Shown in pieces: positions 61,113 to 64,000 of a stretch of DNA of 64,000 nucleotides. Position 1 is the stretch's first letter. Every line of letters starts with the position of its first letter. This DNA comes from Lama guanicoe (lineage: Eukaryota): the NCBI GenBank assembly GCA_013239625.1, contig MU057352.1:29581277-29645276 (forward strand), given 5' to 3'. Both the position numbers and the translations under genes were made by a program. Under the pieces are notes generated by a model. The model was given only the letters and a program-made list of their open reading frames with translations. It did no database searches and was not told the origin of the DNA.

Positions 61113-62189
61113 CTCCCCTTTTTAAGGAGTCAGTTCTGGACTTCTACTGAGCAGTTTTATATTCTGAAGCTCTGTTTTGAGGACATGGGACAGAAAGCCT
61201 CATGCTTCTTGAGAATATAGGAGGTGATTAAAAACACATCTCATGGCTGCCTCTCAGGGGAGACGGAGGAGAACGGGAGAAAGCTCTGCAGCAGCTCCTC
61301 ACAAGCCTTCCACCCCCTCCTGTCCCAGGAGGACCACAGGACAGTCTCTCCCAAGATTCAGAGTAGCTGCAGGTCAAGCCGCATGGCCTCCGTGGTTGTG
61401 TGCAAGGCGGCCAGGTGCCACGGCTGGGCCATTCCCCTGGCAGGGCCATTCCCTGGTACCGGAGTCCCCGGAGAGGCATGGCCAGGTATTCAGTTACAGA
61501 GAAGAGCCTGCCCTCCCCTCTGAGATGGTCATGACTAGCAAATTCCCAGACCTAAAATCACACTCACATTCCCTGATGCTGAGAAAGGCTGAGCCCCAGC
61601 TTCTGGGTCACACAGCTGCCCGCGTGGGTCTCCCTTGCTGACAAGGCCCCAGTTCACGTGCGGGGATGACACTCGAACACAGCCGAGGCTCCCTCTCAGT
61701 CTGGGTTTGCCCCTGACTCCCTGCCAACACGGCCTGACCCAACGCCTTGCTAGCTGCGTCCTTGAGAAGTCACACCCCCTCGGTGACTGGGGTCACACAC
61801 CCCCCCTCCCCATGGGGGCTCTGACTCCTCTGCTCTTGACATAACCAGTGAGAGCTACTCTCAAAATGGGCAGATTCTTCCAATGTCTGGTGATGTTGGA
61901 TATGCTTTAATTTTATGGCTTTATTGTGGACGCTCCTCAATTCTCTCACTGCTCTGTTCCCCCAGAGGATAAAATTTCACAGAGCTGATGACTTCCTGAA
62001 CTCTGCTGGCAATGACTACCTTTGGCTCATGTTTTAGCCTGGCCAGGTGCCTTTACCACCTCGACCTCAGTGATAGTCTCCTATAAGCTCCCCTCATTCT
62101 AAACCCACTGGCCTAGCCTATCCTGGCTCTGCCAGCATGCCCACGCACACATTTGGTGACGTTTGCCCCACAAGGGAAGAGTTAATCAA

Positions 62190-62380
62190 ATGAACTTTGA
62201 GACCAGACTACCTCGGTTTAGTTCCAGTGTCTGCTGTTCACCTGCTCTGTCTTCTTGGACCAATTACTGACCGTCTCTGGATCTTGGTTTCCATGCAGGA
62301 GTATCATCAGGATGAAATGGGTTAGTATAAATCGCCTGGAGCGCTGTCTGACGTGGAGTGGAGGATCGGGACTCAGTGAG
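62190..62380 (+). mobile_element. MIR SINE
   Basis: actttgagaccagactacctcggtttagttccag...cttggaccaattactgaccgtctctg...aggatgaaatgggttagta. Confidence 0.75.
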
Positions 62381-62953
62381 TATCCGTGATGAGGGTGATG
62401 GAGCTGACGGCCTTGGTGTTGCTAACTTTGGCCAAGTTCATTGTGCTCTACATGTCTCCCCCTTATGCAAATATTGCATTATTCTCTGCAAAGGCACTTA
62501 GCACTTTGTGTGTTAGAACTGTCCATTTTCCTGCACCTTTACGTTAAATTGTAAATCCCTTGAGGGCTGCCGTCTTGTGTTGTGCATTTATGTCCCTGGT
62601 ACAAGGGAGAGTGTCTGGCCTACAGGGCCTCAGAAAATGACTGTCCTCACCCCCTCTTCACTTTATTAATTCTTTAATAGGATGTGCACAGAGGCCAGAT
62701 CAGCTTGAAATAAAAAAATGATGCTTCGACAATCTGAGTAATTATGTAGCATATGAATAAAATATTTTTAAAGCTGAGCTCTGAGCTACATATCGGACAG
62801 CAATTACATAAACAATGTGATGATCTGAAGCCTATGTTGTACATTTTCCTGTTGGCAGAAGGGCACTGAGCTGAACTGCACAGTATTTTTCCCCCTTTTT
62901 AGAGGTGGTTTAACTCTATCAATCTTACTTCCAGTTCAATTATAAAACAACAT

Positions 62954-63103
62954 NNNNNNNNNNNNNNNNNNNNNNNNNNNNNNNNNNNNNNNNNNNNNNN
63001 NNNNNNNNNNNNNNNNNNNNNNNNNNNNNNNNNNNNNNNNNNNNNNNNNNNNNNNNNNNNNNNNNNNNNNNNNNNNNNNNNNNNNNNNNNNNNNNNNNNN
63101 NNN
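62954..63103. other. Assembly gap (150 N)
   Basis: Run of N. Confidence 1.
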
Positions 63104-64000
63104 ATTACAATTTATACAAATGAAGGCATAATTAAACAGTCTGCCATTAAATTACAATCTGCATCTCGTGTAAGCAAACATATTAAAATTGAAAATGCTT
63201 GTCATGAATATAAAACCGGCTTCCCTGAATAAGAATGACTCCAAATGCATGATGCACATTTAAGCAACTGTTTTGTTTGTTTTCCAGAAAGGATTTTGCT
63301 TCTTTTGACACGACCAGATTTATAGGTCGCGTTACCTTTAAGAAGTACAGTTGGTAATACCATTTCTCCTGCTAACCATAGCTGATACTGTGGTAATCCC
63401 TGGTAAGCGCCTAACGCGCGTCAACTCATTTAAAAACTTCATGCATGAGATGGGCATCCGTATTATTCATTCCACAGACTGCCATTTTTTTTTAAGGCTT
63501 GTTTCTTTGATTGACTATACTGTTTTGTTCTAGGGAGGGAGAAAGTCATTAAAAACAGCCATGGAGAGGAAGGAGGCTCGCACACTCGCTTGCAGCCTGG
63601 ATGTGTGCAGAATGGGGAAGAAGGAGGCAGCACCCACGTGAGATGCTGCGACAGAGAGCCCAACCCAGAGAGAGCCGGGCTACAGTTAGATCACAGAAGG
63701 TAAAGGGAAGGTTCAGGACAAGACGGGTCCTGGGGATCGCTTGGTGGAAGGTACATTCTCAGTTAAAGCGCTGGTCCAGAATACACAGATAGAATCAAGT
63801 AAGATTGTTTTAAATAATTTAGGATGACAGCATTTCCTTATATTAGCCTGATGATCATTAACAGGTTACTTCAGCTCCCTGACCCTTCACTGGCTCGTTT
63901 ACCCAGGGGAGGCAGCAGCACAAATAATCCTTCCCAAACCCCCAGGGTGAACTTCACGTGATAACAGATGGTGGCTGGTATCTACTAGATGCTCAAAAGG

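Noticed and set aside
1-64000. CRISPR arrays, tRNA/rRNA/snRNA genes, processed pseudogenes, prokaryotic-type systems
   Set aside because: No regularly spaced repeat-spacer structure, cloverleaf or recognisable RNA/mRNA-derived sequence was seen. The recurring ~150-350 bp sequence is a dispersed L1 3' end.

Overview
This is mammalian, non-genic or intronic DNA from a draft assembly with three N-gaps. It is dense in ancient eutherian repeats (L1M, L2, MIR, MaLR/ERVL LTRs, hAT-type MER elements). It also carries several short, younger L1 3'-end fragments of a type I associate with cetartiodactyls, most likely camelids. I recognise no known protein-coding gene, rRNA, tRNA or CRISPR array, and almost all ORF-track entries look like chance ORFs or decayed L1 coding sequence. 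The most interesting signal is a small CpG-rich, promoter-like island at about 45.2-45.4 kb. It has a plausible spliced minus-strand transcript (short exon 1, 685-nt intron, terminal exon ending at ATTAAA), whose coding potential depends on tandem-acceptor choice, and a well-formed non-coding plus-strand exon at 46159-46258. Together these suggest an unannotated bidirectional transcription unit. Other observations are enhancer-like motif clusters, perfect palindromes and hairpins, a 23-bp retro-insertion with a 15-bp target-site duplication, and rearranged L1 copies. Repeat family names come from recalled consensus similarity and their boundaries are approximate; no database search was run. 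I cannot support a claim of a new biological system beyond these candidates.
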